A stretch of 64,000 nucleotides of DNA from assembly GCA_963701085.1 (NCBI GenBank), contig OY969561.1, forward strand, positions 1,056,001 through 1,120,000, read 5' to 3'. Shown here piece after piece: positions 60,683-64,000 of the stretch. The notes below the pieces were generated by a model that ran no database searches, was not told the DNA's origin, and was given only the letters and a program-made list of their open reading frames with translations. Both the position numbers and the translations under genes were made by a program. Source of the DNA: an uncultured bacterium (GTDB lineage: Bacteria > Babelota > Babeliae > Babelales > Vermiphilaceae). Each line of letters opens with the position of its first letter. Position 1 is the stretch's first letter.

Positions 60683-62854
60683 TTATGAGTTTAATCCCAT
60701 TTCTTGTAAGAACGCCTGTGCATTAGGTTCTCTACCCAAAAAATTATACAGTAATTCGTTCGGATCTTGTGCGCCACCTTTGCCAAGCACTTCTTTAATA
60801 TATTTTTGACCAATTTCAGGGTTGAGTAAACCATATTGTTTGATGGTTGCAAACAGATCAAGTGCAAATACTTTAGACCACAGGTAGCCATAATATTTTG
60901 CACTATAGCCGGTTAAGTGGCCAAATGAGGTGTAAAAGTGATTGTCTTCACAATATGCCATGTATGGCAACATTGTTGTGTACAATTGTTTCATAATTGC
61001 ATGAGGGTTTTTACCGTGCCCTCCGACCTGTCCTCCGGAGCCTTGGCGAAGGGGGAAGCTTTCAGCGAAGGATGGGTTTTCCCCATTTCCAAAATATGAT
61101 AGTGCAATGGAAGAAAGATATGTTTGGCGGGTGACAAAATAACCGGTTGTTAAGTTTTTGAGTTGAATTATTGTATCAATTATATCATCAGGCAACGGTT
61201 GCCCGGTGATATAATGTTTGCTTACTTTTTTTAAGATATCCTTATCATGCAACCATTCTTCCAGCATTTGTGAGGGTAGTTCTACAAAATCAGTTTTTGT
61301 ATGTGTTCCTGATAATGATGCGATTGAAGTAGCTCCTAAAACCGCATGAAGTGCATGGCCAAATTCGTGGAAAAATGTTTGAACTTCAGCGCGTTTGAGC
61401 AGTGAAGGCTTACCATCAGTTGCCTTGGAGAAATTAGCAATGACAATTGATACATCAGGAATGCGGGTGCCATCAGCTTTGTATGTTGACGGAATAATAG
61501 TGGTATGTGCCGCATGGCTGTATTTATTGGGGCGAGGATAAAGATCAAGTAAGAGTGTGCCGAGTAATACGTTACCTGCTTTATCAAGTACGCGTACAGC
61601 GGTTACCTCTTTGTGCCACAATCCGCTTACCGGAACTTCCTGAAATTCAATACTGAAAAATTGACGGTAAACATCAAGTAATTCATTAATGGTGTTTTGC
61701 ATAGGGAAGTACTCAGCTATTTTTTGTTCATCAAGATTGAAGTTATTTTTTTTATAACTGTTTTCAAGATATGCAAAATCCCATGGTTGAATTTTACCGT
61801 TCTGCGTTAACTCAACTGATGGAGGTAATGTTTGAGTAAGCGTTGCCATTTCCGCTTGAACTTTTGCCAATGATTTTTGTGCTAAATCAGCAATAAAAGC
61901 GTGTGCTTTCTGCGGCGTATGAGCCATTTGATCATCAATATCACAATGAGCAAAATCACTGTATCCAAGGAGTTGTGCAAGTTCATCACGCTTGGTGATA
62001 ATTGTTGTGAGTAACGCATCGTTGACAGGATATGCACGATTGTTAAATGCAATGTATAGTTTTTTACGTGTTTGCGGAACTGAGCAATTTTCCATAACTC
62101 TAAAGTATGTTGGGTAATCTACGCCAAGAGTATAGAACCCATCAGGTGTGGGCGTGAGTGTGTTTACAAAATCATTGTCTAAACCAGCAAGATCTTCACG
62201 TGTTACGGTAATTGAGCTATTATCTTGCGCTATATTGCGATCAAAATTTGCGCAGAGACTAGCTAATTCTTTGCGGAGTGCATTCACGAATGCTAATGTT
62301 TCATCAGGAAGTGATAAGCCTTCGCGTTTAAATGAGTTAATCGTATCGTTTACAAAATAACGTTGTTGTTTGGAAAGATTTTCATTTTCTATTGTTTGTG
62401 ATTCATATGCCATAAATGCATGATAAAGAGCTTTATTGCTTGTCACATTATCAACCCAAAAAGCTTGGATTCTTATAGAGGCATCATGCGCTGCATTGCG
62501 AATATTGGTATCTGGGCTCAGGAGCTCCAGTGCTTCATAGACCCGTTGTGCAATAGCAAGGTTAGATAATGAACACACTTCATCCAGTGGTCGTGCGGTA
62601 TTTGCATAAGTACGCTGATCATCAGGAACGGCAATAATAGCGGCAATAATGTTTTTTGCTTCATCAATATAGAGGGGTGTTTTTACCGCAATATCATCTG
62701 TGGTCAACGCGAAAAGAGAGATAATATCGGATGTATGGAATGCTTTGGTAATCATCTTTTTGTCCAATTCATTTGTTTTTGAGCAATAACTTAAGGTGGC
62801 TAAGAAAATAATCATTATGCCAAAAAAAAGTAAGCTCAACGAGTTTTGCTTCAT
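60683..62854 (-). CDS. M3-family zinc oligopeptidase (thimet/neurolysin-like), carries an in-frame palindromic insert
   Basis: LDLYPRPNKYSHAA, FFHEFGHALH, DFVELPSQMLEEW, FGHLTGYSAKYYGYLWS, FLGREP. Confidence 0.95.
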   Translation of the reverse strand: MKQNSLSLLFFGIMIIFLATLSYCSKTNELDKKMITKAFHTSDIISLFALTTDDIAVKTPLYIDEAKNIIAAIIAVPDDQRTYANTARPLDEVCSLSNLAIAQRVYEALELLSPDTNIRNAAHDASIRIQAFWVDNVTSNKALYHAFMAYESQTIENENLSKQQRYFVNDTINSFKREGLSLPDETLAFVNALRKELASLCANFDRNIAQDNSSITVTREDLAGLDNDFVNTLTPTPDGFYTLGVDYPTYFRVMENCSVPQTRKKLYIAFNNRAYPVNDALLTTIITKRDELAQLLGYSDFAHCDIDDQMAHTPQKAHAFIADLAQKSLAKVQAEMATLTQTLPPSVELTQNGKIQPWDFAYLENSYKKNNFNLDEQKIAEYFPMQNTINELLDVYRQFFSIEFQEVPVSGLWHKEVTAVRVLDKAGNVLLGTLLLDLYPRPNKYSHAAHTTIIPSTYKADGTRIPDVSIVIANFSKATDGKPSLLKRAEVQTFFHEFGHALHAVLGATSIASLSGTHTKTDFVELPSQMLEEWLHDKDILKKVSKHYITGQPLPDDIIDTIIQLKNLTTGYFVTRQTYLSSIALSYFGNGENPSFAESFPLRQGSGGQVGGHGKNPHAIMKQLYTTMLPYMAYCEDNHFYTSFGHLTGYSAKYYGYLWSKVFALDLFATIKQYGLLNPEIGQKYIKEVLGKGGAQDPNELLYNFLGREPNAQAFLQEMGLNS
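61008..61075. repeat. Nested family-B composite in frame in the M3 peptidase
   Basis: ttttaccgtgccctccga[cctgtcctccggagccttggcgaaggggga]agctttcagcgaaggatggg; peptide PSFAESFPLRQGSGGQVGGHGK. Confidence 0.85.
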
Positions 62855-62895
62855 TTTTTCTACTCTCCTTTAATTTTTTCCGATGTAGCAGTTAC

Positions 62896-63186
62896 TTATA
62901 ATTTTGCAGGTTGTTGCTTAAAATTTATAGGTTGTTGCTTAAAATCAGGATTGACGACGAAAAGTGTTTGATCTGTGTTGATAATAAATTTATTATCAAC
63001 TATACGAAAACCAGAGTTTTTATTGATAGTATCTAATGTATTTATATTATCAACTGTGTTATCAACGCAATCGTTTCGTAGAGAGGTAAGTGTTTTTTGT
63101 AATATTTTTGTATCTTTTTTTGTATGTTCCATTGTCCATATGTTGCTGCATAAGCTTAATGCAGTGATAATGATATATTTTTTCAT
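62896..63186 (-). CDS. Small secreted hypothetical protein
   Basis: Signal-like N-terminus ending IWT-ME. Confidence 0.55.
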   Translation of the reverse strand: MKKYIIITALSLCSNIWTMEHTKKDTKILQKTLTSLRNDCVDNTVDNINTLDTINKNSGFRIVDNKFIINTDQTLFVVNPDFKQQPINFKQQPAKL

Positions 63187-63251
63187 ACGGCGTCCATTTT
63201 AGAAAATAGTGAGATAATTGACTAATATTATTTATGATATACAAATATGCT

Positions 63252-64000
63252 TTATTCGACAAGTGGGGGGGGTAGGAGTTTTTTTAACTGTTGCCATTCG
63301 GCACGCAAGGCAATAGCCGTCTCAAAATCAAGACGTTCGGCAGCTTGTTTCATCTGTTCTTCCAGCTGTATAATACGAGTGGCATTGTCTTGTGGATGAG
63401 CAGGTGCCGTTTTTTGAACTTTTTTATCTTTTTTAGATTTAGACGCTTGCGCAATAAGCTCTTGAATATTAACAATACTTTTAATGACATCCCGTTTTAC
63501 TGTTTGTGGTGTAATGCCATGCTGTTTGTTGTAGGCAATTTGTAGCGTTCGTCTACGGCTTGTTTCATCAATTGCTGCTTTCATTGAGCCGGTAATCTTG
63601 TCGGCAAAAAGAATTACTTGTGCTGCCACGTTACGTGCGGCGCGGCCGATAATTTGAATAAGTGATCGTTTGTCTCGTAAAAAACTTTCAAGATCAGCAT
63701 CCATGATAGCAACCAATGCTACCTCAGGAAGATCAATTCCCTCACGGAGTAAGTTAACACCAACAAGACAATCAAAAGTACCAAGGCGCAACTTCTGTAG
63801 CAGCTCAGTACGTTGTGGTGTTTTAAGATCACTATGCAAATAGCAGACTTTAATTTGTTGTTCTTCAAGATAGCGTGCCAATTCTTCTGCTAATTTTTTG
63901 GTCATTACCATGACGAGTGAGCGGTATCCTGCAGCGGTTGTTTTGTTGATTGAGCTGATGAGATGACTAATTTGTCCACTGCGGCCATGGATGGATATTT
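63252..64000 (-). CDS. uvrB: Excinuclease ABC subunit B, 3' part (truncated by the window edge)
   Basis: TKKLAEEL, YLHSD, GVNLLREGIDLPEVALVAIMDAD, LIQIIGRAARN, C-terminal UVR AAERLDFETAIALR. Confidence 0.97.
   Translation of the reverse strand, partial: ISIHGRSGQISHLISSINKTTAAGYRSLVMVMTKKLAEELARYLEEQQIKVCYLHSDLKTPQRTELLQKLRLGTFDCLVGVNLLREGIDLPEVALVAIMDADLESFLRDKRSLIQIIGRAARNVAAQVILFADKITGSMKAAIDETSRRRTLQIAYNKQHGITPQTVKRDVIKSIVNIQELIAQASKSKKDKKVQKTAPAHPQDNATRIIQLEEQMKQAAERLDFETAIALRAEWQQLKKLLPPPLVE

Noticed and set aside
62908-62945. 21-bp-period tandem repeat (FKQQP twice)
   Set aside because: A short intragenic duplication with nothing further to support significance.

Overview
AT-rich bacterial chromosomal window. 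Gene content suggests an intracellular parasite of protists, most likely Dependentiae/Babeliales (TM6); this is an inference from the many signal-peptide ORFans, ankyrin and WD40 proteins and a Chlamydia-like RNR. Housekeeping genes include hisS, secA (frameshifted), rsmE, tsaB, ruvX, an AgcS symporter, murE, hppA, namZ, nrdAB, trxA, trmH, tRNA-Arg(TCT), atpE/F'/F/H/A, recD2, an amidase/GerMN pair, mscS (frameshifted), recO, a PafA-type phosphatase, an M3 peptidase and uvrB (partial). The most striking signal is a candidate mobile palindrome system. Two small GIY-YIG (YhbQ/UPF0213-type) nuclease genes are each bracketed by 39-46 bp inverted repeats. The same two arms, joined at a central GAGCGCTC without the gene, form a 74-bp hairpin inserted in frame inside murE and recD2, and as nested composites inside namZ and upstream of hisS. 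A second GC-rich palindrome family sits in frame in other genes, next to the tRNA, and nests reciprocally with the first. Also notable are a class Ic (Mn/Fe)-type RNR, signatures of Na+-based bioenergetics, and a recurrent Met immediately after predicted signal peptides. Clustered frameshifts probably reflect sequencing or assembly error.
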